This document shows positions 25,501-39,311 of a stretch of DNA of 64,000 nt, in pieces. The DNA lies in NCBI GenBank assembly GCA_012295275.1, contig CM022673.1, forward strand, positions 17,174,001 to 17,238,000. Direction: 5' to 3'. Under the pieces are notes generated by a model that saw nothing but the letters and a program-made list of their open reading frames with translations, was not told where the DNA came from and ran no database searches. Both the position numbers and the translations under genes were made by a program. Numbering within the stretch: the stretch's first letter is position 1; each line of letters opens with the position of its first letter. This stretch comes from Chrysomallon squamiferum (lineage: Eukaryota > Animalia > Mollusca).

Positions 25501-27705
25501 TTTTATTTTTATTTACACTACTCTATCTGTAAAATTTACTAACAGTATATACAGTAAACGTAAAAATTAAAAATAAGATAAAATAAATAAATAAAAACAA
25601 TATTATTCAGATATTGAAATGACAAATAAATATATAAATTAAAAAAGCAAACCAAAAAGTAAAAATAAAATAAAATTGAAAAATAAAACCAGACATTGCC
25701 AAAATGTGTTAAGCTGTACAAAACATTCATACTGGATGATCTGATCTGGAAAATTCTTGTAAAAATTAATAGATTCATCCAGATCACACAAGAAATACTA
25801 CAAAAAGTAAAAATATAATATTAGTTACATATTCAACATTTCAACAAGATAAAACAGATTTCATCACTTACAAGTAAAAATTTTTTGTTCAAAGCTTTAT
25901 TAACATTTTCCACCTTGACTTGGAGAAAGAAACAGTTTAAATATCTGCTTATAATTTGTTGATTATACAGTTGTGTTTTCAGAATAGTCATCTATCTCCA
26001 AAGTAGACAACCCATATGAGTACAAAAATAAAATAAATTAATAAAATAAAATGAAAAAATAATAATAATGATAACAAATAGAGTCCATCATAAATAAATG
26101 ATATTGCACAAAAATCACTTATAAAATTAGTGTTTTAAAAAAAGCACTATTCATTACAATTAGGAATGTGAAAACAACAATACCCTAAATTCTGTTAAGT
26201 TATTAAATAACAACTACAAATCACTGTATGTATCCTGATTATAATTATATATTCAAATGAATGTGTGAGGAATTTGATATTTGTGAAAAATAATTTACAG
26301 AGTTTGTGTTATTTTCATATTTTCTAGCTTAATTGCAGATTTTCTTACACATAATTCCTGATTTCATTAATTTTGCCATAAATTTGGAGAAAATAATCAA
26401 CAGTTAAAAGATAAAATGTGTAAATAAAAAAATGGATAAAAAAGATAAACAACCAAAATCACTGAACTTAACAAAATGTAATAAATGAATATTAGTTTCA
26501 TCAGTTAATAAAATTACTTTTTAAAATATTTTTCTTGACTAACTGCAACCTGATTATATTTCTATTTATAGCAAAAAGAATAAAAAAAGAATAAAGAAAA
26601 AACATTTAATATTATCCGATGTTTAATAAATATAAATTTCAGAACTGAAAAACAAATATTTTCTATGTCGTGATTTGTTATGATGACTAGGACTGAAAAT
26701 AAAAATTTTAAGTAAATTTTAATACTGTTTAAAAAAATATATTTATATACATATTTGTAAAATAAAAACTAACAGTAATAACAAAACATAATGACAATAG
26801 TTGTTTTATAATGAACTGAATAATAAATGTATTTACAATACTAAATATGTTTTACATAAAGATATGTATTGAAATAAAACTTAAATTCATGCATGTCATC
26901 ACATCAAAACATAAAAAATCCAACAAACATTCATTTCTATTCTGAGTGATAATCTTATCCTTTTTTCATTTATAAAGGTTTTAAAAAAAATCGGTAAAGT
27001 AACACTGAAAAGATTTGGAAAATAAATTTGAAGCAATGATTTCAAATTATTTTTAAATTGTAAAGGGAGATAATAAAGTTAGAAAAGAAGCAGGGGCAGA
27101 AATCCTATAAGGGGGATGTTTTCCTACCCACAAACTTAAACACACTGATAATATATATATAAAAAAAATAAAAATAATAATTAACTGGATCAGCATTAAA
27201 ACATTAATAATGATTCAATAAAAATCCTGAGTTATCTGGCTCATAAATCTTGAGATAAATTAATCAATATCACTTCAACAAAATCTCAACACAATTAATT
27301 ATTAACAACTATTATGTATCACATGACTGTTTGTAATGATATTACAGAGAAAACTTCCTTTCCTCACACTACTCTTTATGTTAAAGTAAAATACTTACTG
27401 ATTACATTTAAAAATGAGTGAGTGAAAAAATGAATGTGCTAATCAGAGCAAACTGTTATGAACCATGCCTATAACAGTCTCGTTCTCTGACAAAACCAAG
27501 GAGTAAGTCTGTCACAGAGAAGAGTTGGTAGAGAGAAATGAAGGGGTTCTTGTTAAAATTAGGGAGTGCAGAGGAGGTTTATAAGGTGCTATTCATTTGT
27601 ATAGTATTCAGAATGTTCAGCAACGAACATCAGTCTAATTCAAAATGATTGAACAAATCAATAAATTTCTGTTGTCTGGTAAAACAATTTCTGAATTGTG
27701 ATAGG

Positions 27706-29205
27706 TCAGTGAGATGACCCCTGTCGGTCAGCCAGTCCAACCAGGTAACCCTTGACCTCAGTAGCATAGTCTGAGCTGTCTGGCTTTTCTGTTAGGACCC
27801 AAGTATCATCAGAACTGTTGACTTTATATCGACAAATAGGACATGTGTTGTGACTGACATTCCTGGCAGAAAGAAGAAAACTAATGAACAAACAAATTAA
27901 AAAATCATCATATGAATAAGGATGTAAAAAAACTTAATAAAATGAATTTTTAAGCATGTTAAGTTTTTGCTTTGAGAATCTGTTGCCAATGACAAGATAT
28001 TTTCAATTAAAAAATTTAAAAATAATAAAAAAATATATTAAAAAATTGATCTAGTATTTCCCTGCCAAAAATACTGAAGCTGATAAAAAAATAACTAAAT
28101 CATTTACATGAACCACCCTGTTTCAGCAATATTCTTGAAACAATGATTGTCAATAACTAATCATTAACAATTTCACCTTTCCACACAATACAAAATTATT
28201 AGCTGATAATCATATATTAATTATAATTAAAAAATAATTCTGAAAAGCTATCTGCTAGCCTGACATTCCACAAGCTACTTTCATCAATTAGTAAGAAGAT
28301 AACAAGTGACCTATTTTCTTTTACTCATATATATATATGTAATAAGGAAAAAAAAAAAAAAAATTGTAAGAACTAACCCACCTTGGAATGTTATACTGGA
28401 AACCAGTTAAGACATTTAAACTTTAAAATTATCCATTTTGTTATAATCTCTGTTCTTGTTAAAGTGAATTTATGTTCAATTTGTTAATAATTTACTTTTT
28501 TTACTTAACATGTTAAAACAAGCAGCTCTAAAGATATGTAAAAACTAATTATATTTCGTCACTTATGAAATAATTAGTTAAAAATACTTACCAAGAATCA
28601 ATGCATATTTCACAGAATTCATGATTGCATGTTAATATTATTTCTGATTTTCTGTCCATACATATACAGCATTCATTTTCATCACTAACACCCTGATCTG
28701 CAGTAAAACTGTCAAAGAAAATTAAACAAATACAAGAAATTACAAAAAGTCTCATAATATTTTACCTGTTAATTGAATCTTAAATTCATAATTACTCTGT
28801 AAAAAACATTACTGTGATTTTAATTTTACTACAATTTATGATAACTTACAATTTCAAATTTGTTATTACTATAATTATTTTATTAATTTACATTATTTAG
28901 TATTATTTCATATTTATTAATAATACTTTTAATTTATTACACTGTTTTGAATTGATTAAATTTACAAACAGTATTTAAAATTAATGATTTGAAATTTATT
29001 AAAAATATTCTAAATATATTAATACTATTTTTAGGACTTACTCATCAAAAATTTTTGAAGCTGTAATATCTTCAGACATCTGACCAAGAGAAGGTGGAGT
29101 TGAAGTAAGACATTTCACTTGTTCTGCTATTTCTTTGTACATTACAATGTACTGACGGAGATTTAAACAGCGAGATGATTCCAATTTATTGTTCTGTGTG
29201 TTAAT
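27706..29205 (-). pseudogene. RNF141: Partial RNF141 duplicate (exons 3-5 only: 29205-29042, 28708-28592, 27862-27706)
   Basis: Same structure as the 17727-19226 copy. Confidence 0.88.
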
Positions 29206-29348
29206 CTAAAATATAAAGTAATGTAAAATAAAGCATAGAAAAGTGTGGTACAGTACAGTACAGTATAGCTTGGCATGGCATAGCATATTGTATAATATAG
29301 TAAAATATGGTATGTGATGGTAAGGTTCAGTATCAAAAGTATCAGTAT

Positions 29349-29684
29349 AAAAAAACTAAAATAAATAATAATAAAACAACTCCACAATGCAGTCAGTTGG
29401 TGATAAAACAAAGACAAAGTGCAACAGAAACTAAAATAATACAGAGAAAATGTAAAAAAAACCTAATAATAATAATAATAATAATATTAATAAAAATTAG
29501 ATGTTAATTCTAATTGTTATCCAAAGTAAAGAATGGATCAGAATTATTTTTTTTAAATTATCAGAAAGTAAATTTTAGAACTAAATAAAGCAATATTTAT
29601 ATATGTTTATTAATTTTTTATTTATTTATTTTATGTTTTGTTTTGTTATTGTTGATGTTGTTGTTGTTTATTTTCTTTTAGTTC

Positions 29685-29721
<37 letters not shown>

Positions 29722-30079
29722 TGGTTTTGTTCTTATGAACTACAAAAATAACCCAACCAAAATCTTCCCCTTGGCAATAATTAGATGTGAATGTCATAAT
29801 TATTTCTATTTGTTTATCCATTCCTCAACACAATAACAATTATTATTAAGAATATAATGAAATTTCAGGCATTAACTGGTAAAATGTAGCCAAAATTAAT
29901 TCTGGTAAAACTAGAGTCCAAGGGTAGTCATAACATAATAATATTCTGCAAGAAACCAAGCAAATTAATGATTTTAGTTTTGTATAGTGAAAATCAGAAT
30001 GGTTGATATATAAAACACATTTTATAATAATTGCATAGCTCATTGATAATTAAATACTAATAACAGATGATTATATATT

Positions 30080-30111
<32 letters not shown>

Positions 30112-30445
30112 CATTATTATTATTATTATTATTATTTTATTATTATTATTTTTATTATTATTGTTATTTGTGTTAATCTTGTTGTTAAAACTTGAAACCT
30201 CTCATTACTGAAAATTATTTTTATCTTATTAATAGTTTCTTTGTTTTCTGTTTTTTTTCTTCTATTTTCTATTATTATTTTTGTTAATGTTGCGGTCTGT
30301 CTTTGCTTTCTCATCAAAGTTCTGTTTTATAATACTTTATTATGCAACTGCCTTCATTTAATGCATTTGTAAAACTACAGTTGCATAATAAATAAAACAA
30401 CAGTATGTTAATGTTAATAATGGAAATAGAACACAGAATATCAAA
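29349..30445 (-). repeat. Inverted copy B' #2
   Basis: Direct repeat of 19370-20469. Confidence 0.95.
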
Positions 30446-32035
30446 TGAAGAATATAGATTATTGTAAAAAATATATATTTTGTTTTAAATTCTGATGATT
30501 ACACGGACACTGTGACAGTCACATAACTGATAATCATAATGTCGTATGGTCACGGTGGTGATGAAGAAGTCTAGTGGCACAATAAGACAGTTTCATAACA
30601 TTATTTAAAAATTTAAAAGCCTTGAAGATAAAAAAAAAATAATAATAATTAACAATTATAACAAAGAGATGATGTTAAGAACATAAGTAAGGAATAATAT
30701 CAAATTATATTATAGACTGCATTTTTTAATAAGATGAATTAATATTTTTCTAGTTTTCAGTGTAAGATATTTGAAAATTAAAATTAGTAACGGTCTGACT
30801 TCTATCTATTTCCCAAAGTTATTTATTAAACTCAAACTATAGTGTATATTTTGTATCAGTGACAGTGGTATTTTCTTTCTGCATATGTATACAAAAACAT
30901 ATAGTCTGTTATCATTGAGTTTAATTGTCACAGTTATTAATGCCAAAGATTTCTACATATATTTTTACATATATTTTAAAAAGCCCAATTATGATTAAAA
31001 CATAATAATATATATATATAAAAACTGAATTTGTGAAATTAGTTTACTTTTCCATAAAAATAATAAAGTTCAAAGGTTTAATTCACCAGTGTGTATTATT
31101 AAGAATTCCAATTGTGACCTATTTTGCTCTGAGTAACAACCAAAGGTTTATAATAATGATGTATACAATATGCATAAAATCTGTCACATTTTTATTGTTT
31201 TATTTGTTGGAAGTATTTATTCATATTAAACAGTCGTGTGCATTTAACATTATTTGGTTTGAGTATTCCTTTAATAAGTTCTTGATAGAAATGACATTCT
31301 ATTATTTTTTACTCTTTTTTTGTAAGTACTAATATTTCTTTGATAAATAGATTTTAGGTATGTGTTAATATTTCTTACTTGTATGAATGTATTTTCTATA
31401 GACAGTAATATTTCTTGCTTATACAGAGGTGTTTTTATAATAATATTTTTGACATTTATTAATGTATTTTTTTATATTTAATATGTTTTGATAATGTATT
31501 TTTATGCATGTTAGTATTTCTTATCTACATAAATGTAGTGTATATATATAAACACTCACAAATATACACACAAAACACACACATGCGTGCACACACACAC
31601 ACACACACATATATACATATACATATACATATATATTTCTTACATAAATATATTTTAGGTACAAGCATGACCTGAAATGGGCCAAGGGTCAAGTCTTACT
31701 GAAGCCCAGGCAGTTATTCCTGAGCGTCTCCATGCTCACCTTGATATTTTCAAACATCTAGCAACACTGACATATGAACAGTTTTGTGAATCAATCAAAG
31801 AGCTCAATGAAATGTTAGTATATATCATCTTATATTTAAGAAAACCCAACATATTAATGTAGTCAGAAAACAAATAATGAAGAAAAGACTTTTTAATAAT
31901 GCACTCGTTGTATTTTATTAATGGTTGCTTATATGGAGTTGGCCATATTTAAAAATAAAATGAATGGATTTAAAAAGTCTTTTTCTTCCTTCCTTGTTTA
32001 CTGTCTTTAAAACACATTAATATACCTTAAAATTT
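30440..32035 (-). repeat. Inverted copy C' #2 of the RNF141 5' region
   Basis: Direct repeat of 20464-22057. Confidence 0.95.
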
Positions 32036-32469
32036 TGTTATAACTATTTTTTGAGGTTTAAAATGTTAATTTAGAGTTAACAGTTTTGTTTGATTTTAGT
32101 AGGAAAAATTATTTACAGATAGTAGCATTTTTGTTTCAATTGTCTTTTTTTTTTTTTTTTTCCTGTGATTTTTACAACTAATTTGTAAATTTTATAAATA
32201 TCTTTAGACCAGAATATTGCAAAATAAAATTTGATTTCTTTGCTGCATGTGGAGGAGAGAGAGAGAGAGAGAGAGTGTGTGTGTGTGTGTCATTTATAAA
32301 ATATATAAAAATAAATATGGACAAAAATATGAATTTTTACTTATTTAGCTAACACTGAATTAAATATATAACAACTATATTGAAATACAATTTAATAATT
32401 TATTTTTGTTCACTTTATTTTAGGAACAAGTTCCTGGTCAAACATCACCACCACCAAGCCCTTTTATGA
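31677..32469 (+). CDS. Candidate chimeric 60-aa ORF, copy 2 (31677-31813 + 32424-32469)
   Basis: Same structure as copy 1. Confidence 0.4.
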
Positions 32470-35400
32470 AGCCACACCATCGGAAGGATGTTGGTCTTCG
32501 ACAGGTACAGTCTCAACACAACACTGACTATGCACCACCCATGCCTAGACCACCACTCTTCTCTGCATGGTAAAACAAGTCTCTCCATAGATAACCAAAT
32601 CAGACTCGGTCTTTTTCTTAATGTCCCTTTCTTTCTTTTTTAATTGAAGGACTGTACATTGTTGTCTGATTCAAGAACAATTTGTATTATATAATCTTTA
32701 TTTTTTTTTTGTCATGATTTTTTAAATAAGAAATCATTGTTAGTTATTAAAATTAATATACATATATATATATATGTGTGTTGGTTTTTTTTTATCTTCA
32801 GCCTGTAAATATGTTGTTTTTCTATTATTTTAAGAATCCATTCAGGTGTAAATGGATAGTTTGAAATGGCCAAGAACCATTGAATAATATAGAACAAAGA
32901 AGTATTATTTTAAGAATTTTGTAAGAGAATTGTTAAAACAACTTTAACAACTTCTTATTTTGTGAGTTTTATGTTAGACAAAAAAAAGAAGTCAAACAGA
33001 CAGATCCTAATAATATAAGGTTCTGTGACATCCAAAATGTACATTTAGCTGTCATTAATTATTGTAGTATTATTTATTTTGTGAGCATAATTAGTTTTAG
33101 GTGTATAATATAAATTTTTACATTTTTATTTATCTACAGAGTATAACAAAAAAAAAAAATTATAGTTAGTAACACATTGTCTTTTTTATTGTGTAATGGG
33201 CTGTATTAATTAACACCGTATACATACTAAAAATGACAATTATTTTTTTTTAAATGTCATTATGCATACCTGTACTTCATGATATTTCATAATCCATGGT
33301 AATAAAGTTTTATACATTACCAGAAGTGCCTCTCTTTCTCTCAGTGCTTTTAAACTATCCATTCTCTAACCATACTTACATGTAATTTATATTCATTGAT
33401 TTATAGCTTTTATTAGATTAGTGCATTAATTAAAAAGATATATGTTAATCTTACATATTAGAAAATTGACACATCTTTATTTTTTAAAAGTGATCCAAAT
33501 TTTAAAAGACATGTTTTAAAAGATGAACAATAAATTAAAATTCAGATTAAAAAAAACATTTTTATTTCTTTTGATCCTGAAAATGAATGTCATATCAAAA
33601 AAGTATCTTATTCACCAATACTGAATTCATGTATATTTATTAAAAAAAAAAAAAAAAAAAAAAAAAATAATAATAATAATAAAAAATTAAATAGAAAAAT
33701 AGATAACTGACATTACTGAAATGTTTTTCAGTCTACAGTTATTGGTCAGGACCAGTGTCAGAATATTTTTTATAATAATAAATAAAGAAAGGAAAAGAGA
33801 AAAAAGACTAACAAAAATATATAGCACACTAATAAAACTTAAAATTTTTTTTTTTTAAAGATGTCAAAAGGAAAGGAAAAGAGTATAATAAATAAACAAG
33901 TCTTCCTAATATAAAAAGACATACACATTTCAGTTATCTCTTTAAACTTCCATCATTTGTTTCAGGTTTTACTCATGTATTCTCTTTCTTTAACACCTGT
34001 CACAGTCCATTAGTTGCCAATTTTTAACTGATTTTGTATTTGGCTCACTAACCAAAGATGAGCTACAAATAGTCATTAGTCAAAATGTATAAACAGATAT
34101 TTTTATCTTTTTTAAAAAAGTAAATGTATAAAATTTATTTTTATACTAGTAAATTTCATTAAATCTTCTAGTTTATCGTGTATAACCAAATAAGAAATAA
34201 ATGTTTACAATTAGTCTCAACAGTATATTATTTTTATTTTAACATTAATAACTGATTTTTTTACATGAAAAACTATATTTTTATAAAGGGATAGAATTAT
34301 TTATTAAATATTGTTAAAACAACAGCATAACAGTAACTTAATAATCCTTGTACTTAATTATTTAGTGTTTATGTTTTATAGGTATTTTGTTTAAATTAAT
34401 ATTTTGATGTAATTCTTGTAATTTTGTGACTTTTTTTTTTCTTTTGTATTTTGTTTTAGTCTGTGATATTTTGTTGTTCATATATTTTCATAAGTGCTTC
34501 TGTGATAATCTGGAAGAAATAAATATTATGTTCATAGCATCTGTTGTTTATGTTTTCATTTGGAAATTACATGTATGGAAATGGCTCGCAAATGCTTGGG
34601 ACGTGTTCATTATTTTAAAATATGTACCATTTTGTTCTTGCATACAGATTTTTGTTTATTGATATCTAAGAAGAAATGTTGTTTTTAATGTTTAGAAGAA
34701 AAGAAAAACAGCACATACCTCAATTTTTGATACAATAGTTTTCTTGAACTAGTGGACCCTTCATACTCTGTGAAAATATTTTTTATTAGCCTACTTTTCT
34801 TTTGAAATTACAAAACATTATAGTACTTTAAAAAAGAAGAAATATGAATATAATAATAAATCAATGCCAAAATTATCATCATCTCAGACTCAGCAATGTA
34901 TTATCTCCTCCTTTAATCAATGTACAAAATGCTTTATGAGACCAAACAACAGTAGCTGTCATACAAGTTAGAACATATGATAAAAACTTCAAGGTGACTG
35001 TTTTAGGCAGGTGGCTGTGCAAACAGATTTGACTGTATATTTTTAAGCTGTTCACATCATATAGCCCTACTTGATAATGCAATGACCAAATATTTAAATT
35101 TTTAAATAACAAACCAAAAAAGCTATTAAATATTTATTACATCTAAATAATTTGTAAACGAATAAATAATACATTAAAATATACAAATGCAACATAATAA
35201 TAATAAAAAAAAATTCTCTCATAACTATGACAAACTTAAGATGAACATGGCAACATGCTTGATCTGTTCTATTACAATTACATCAATTATGTATTAAATG
35301 TTTAGAGAATGAATATTAAAAAAATATATATATAGAGAGTATCACTTAGAATGTTTAGAGGTTTGTAATACATGAAATGTTTTTCTCTTTCATGAATACA

Positions 35401-38400
35401 TTAACAGCTATAACCAATGTAAATTAATTAATTTATTTATTTATTGTAAATCATACTAACCAGTAATTTTACTTTATTATGTTTTATTTTTATTTACACT
35501 ACTCTATCTGTAAAATTTACTAACAGTATATACAGTAAACGTAAAAATTAAAAATAAGATAAAATAAATAAATAAAAACAATATTATTCAGATATTGAAA
35601 TGACAAATAAATATATAAATTAAAAAAGCAAACCAAAAAGTAAAAATAAAATAAAATTGAAAAATAAAACCAGACATTGCCAAAATGTGTTAAGCTGTAC
35701 AAAACATTCATATTGGATGATTTGATCTGGAAAATTCTTGTAAAAATTAATAGATTCATCCAGATCACACAAGAAATACTACAAAAAGTAAAAATATAAT
35801 ATTAGTTACATATTCAACATTTCAACAAGATAAAACAGATTTCATCACTTACAAGTAAAAATTTTTGTTCAAAGCTTTATTAACATTTTCCACCTTGACT
35901 TGGAGAAAGAAACAGTTTAAATATCTGCTTATAATTTGTTGATTATACAGTAGTGTTTTCAGAATAGTCATCTATCTCCAAAGTAGACAACCCATATGAG
36001 TACAAAAATAAAATAAATTAATAAAATAAAATGAAAAAATAATAATAATGATAACAAATAGAGTCCATCATAAATAAATGATATTGCACAAAAATCACTT
36101 ATAAAATTAGTGTTTTAAAAAAGCACTATTCATTACAATTAGGAATGTGAAAACAACAATACCCTAAATTCTGTTAAGTTATTAAATAACAACTACAAAT
36201 CACTGTATGTATCCTGATTATAATTATATATTCAAATGAATGTGTGAGGAATTTGATATTTGTGAAAAATAATTTACAGAGTTTGTGTTATTTTCATATT
36301 TTCTAGCTTAATTGCAGATTTTCTTACACATAATTCCTGATTTCATTAATTTTGCCATAAATTTGGAGAAAATAATCAACAGTTAAAAGATAAAATGTGT
36401 AAATAAAAAAATGGATAAAAAAGATAAACAACCAAAATCACTGAACTTAACAAAATGTAATAAATGAATATTAGTTTCATCAGTTAATAAAATTACTTTT
36501 TAAAATATTTTTCTTGACTAACTGCAACCTGATTATATTTCTATTTATAGCAAAAAGAATAAAAAAAGAATAAAGAAAAAACATTTAATATTATCCGATG
36601 TTTAATAAATATAAATTTCAGAACTGAAAAACAAATATTTTCTATGTCGTGATTTGTTATGATGACTAGGACTGAAAATAAAAATTTTAAGTAAATTTTA
36701 ATACTGTTTAAAAAAATATATTTATATACATATTTGTAAAATAAAAACTAACAGTAATAACAAAACATAATGACAATAGTTGTTTTATAATGAACTGAAT
36801 AATAAATGTATTTACAATACTAAATATGTTTTACATAAAGATATGTATTGAAATAAAACTTAAATTCATGCATGTCATCACATCAAAACATAAAAAATCC
36901 AACAAACATTCATTTCTATTCTGAGTGATAATCTTATCCTTTTTTCATTTATAAAGGTTTTAAAAAAAATCGGTAAAGTAACACTGAAAAGATTTGGAAA
37001 ATAAATTTGAAGCAATGATTTCAAATTATTTTTAAATTGTAAAGGGAGATAATAAAGTTAGAAAAGAAGCAGGGGCAGAAATCCTATAAGGGGGATGTTT
37101 TCCTACCCACAAACTTAAACACACTGATAATATATATATAAAAAAAATAAAAATAATAATTAACTGGATCAGCATTAAAACATTAATAATGATTCAATAA
37201 AAATCCTGAGTTATCTGGCTCATAAATCTTGAGATAAATTAATCAATATCACTTCAACAAAATCTCAACACAATTAATTATTAACAACTATTATGTATCA
37301 CATGACTGTTTGTAATGATATTACAGAGAAAACTTCCTTTCCTCACACTACTCTTTATGTTAAAGTAAAATACTTACTGATTACATTTAAAAATGAGTGA
37401 GTTAAAAAATGAATGTGCTAATCAGAGCAAACTGTTATGAACCATGCCTATAACAGTCTCGTTCTCTGACAAAACCAAGGAGTATGTCTGTCACAGAGAA
37501 GAGTTGGTAGAGAGAAATGAAGGGGTTCTTGTTAAAATTAGGGAGTGCAGAGGAGGTTTATAAGGTGCTATTCATTTGTATAGTATTCAGAATGTTCAGC
37601 AACGAACATCAGTCTAATTCAAAATGATTGAACAAATCAATAAATTTCTGTTGTCTGGTAAAACAATTTCTGAATTGTGATAGGTCAGTGAGATGACCCC
37701 TGTCGGTCAGCCAGTCCAACCAGGTAACCCTTGACCTCAGTAGCATAGTCTGAGCTGTCTGGCTTTTCTGTTAGGACCCAAGTATCATCAGAACTGTTGA
37801 CTTTATATCGACAAATAGGACATGTGTTGTGACTGACATTCCTGGCAGAAAGAAGAAAACTAATGAACAAACAAATTAAAAAATCATCATATGAATAAGG
37901 ATGTAAAAAAACTTAATAAAATGAATTTTTAAGCATGTTAAGTTTTTGCTTTGAGAATCTGTTGCCAATGACAAGATATTTTCAATTAAAAAATTTAAAA
38001 ATAATAAAAAAATATATTAAAAAATTGATCTAGTATTTCCCTGCCAAAAATACTGAAGCTGATAAAAAAATAACTAAATCATTTACATGAACCACCCTGT
38101 TTCAGCAATATTCTTGAAACAATGATTGTCAATAACTAATCATTAATAATTTCACCTTTCCACACAATACAAAATTATTAGCTGATAATCATATATTAAT
38201 TATAATTAAAAAATAATTCTGAAAAGCTATCTGCTAGCCTGACATTCCACAAGCTACTTTCATCAATTAGTAAGAAGATAACAAGTGACCTATTTTCTTT
38301 TACTCATATATATATATGTAATAAGGTAAAAAAAAAAAAAAATTGTAAGAACTAACCCACCTTGGAATGTTATACTGGAAACCAGTTAAGACATTTAAAC

Positions 38401-39311
38401 TTTAAAATTATCCATTTTGTTATAATCTCTGTTCTTGTTAAAGTGAATTTATGTTCAATTTGTTAATAATTTACTTTTTTTACTTAACATGTTAAAACAA
38501 GCAGCTCTAAAGATATGTAAAAACTAATTATATTTCGTCACTTATGAAATAATTAGTTAAAAATACTTACCAAGAATCAATGCATATTTCACAGAATTCA
38601 TGATTGCATGTTAATATTATTTCTGATTTTCTGTCCATACATATACAGCATTCATTTTCATCACTAACACCCTGATCTGCAGTAAAACTGTCAAAGAAAA
38701 TTAAACAAATACAAGAAATTACAAAAGTCTCATAATATTTTACCTGTTAATTGAATCTTAAATTCATAATTACTCTGTAAAAAACATTACTGTGATTTTA
38801 ATTTTACTACAATTTATGATAACTTACAATTTCAAATTTGTTATTACTATAATTATTTTATTAATTTACATTATTTAGTATTATTTCATATTTATTAATA
38901 ATACTTTTAATTTATTACACTGTTTTGAATTGATTAAATTTACAAACAGTATTTAAAATTAATGATTTGAAATTTATTAAAAATATTCTAAATATATTAA
39001 TACTATTTTTAGGACTTACTCATCAAAAATTTTTGAAGCTGTAATATCTTCAGACATCTGACCAAGAGAAGGTGGAGTTGAAGTAAGACATTTCACTTGT
39101 TCTGCTATTTCTTTGTACATTACAATGTACTGACGGAGATTTAAACAGCGAGATGATTCCAATTTATTGTTCTGTGTGTTAATCTAAAATATAAAGTAAT
39201 GTAAAATAAAGCATAGAAAAGTGTGGTACAGTACAATACAGTATAGCTTGGCATGGCATAGCATATTGTATAATATAGTAAAATATGGTATGTGATGGTA
39301 AGGTTCAGTAT
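32031..39311 (+). repeat. Segment A, copy 3 of 3 (continues into native RNF141 intron 2)
   Basis: Direct repeat; continues as unique sequence (ggtaaagtaaaatg) after 39311. Confidence 0.97.
32424..32573 (+). pseudogene. Duplicated LMNTD terminal exon (copy 3)
   Basis: Same coding sequence as 12449-12598. Confidence 0.85.

Larger units (their letters stand above)
22053..29333 (+). repeat. Segment A, copy 2 of 3
   Basis: Direct repeat of 12048-19354. Confidence 0.97.

Noticed and set aside
12048-39311. The 10-kb unit as an LTR element, Helitron or other transposon
   Set aside because: No transposase, RT or helicase, and no terminal repeats; every part maps to adjacent host gene sequence.
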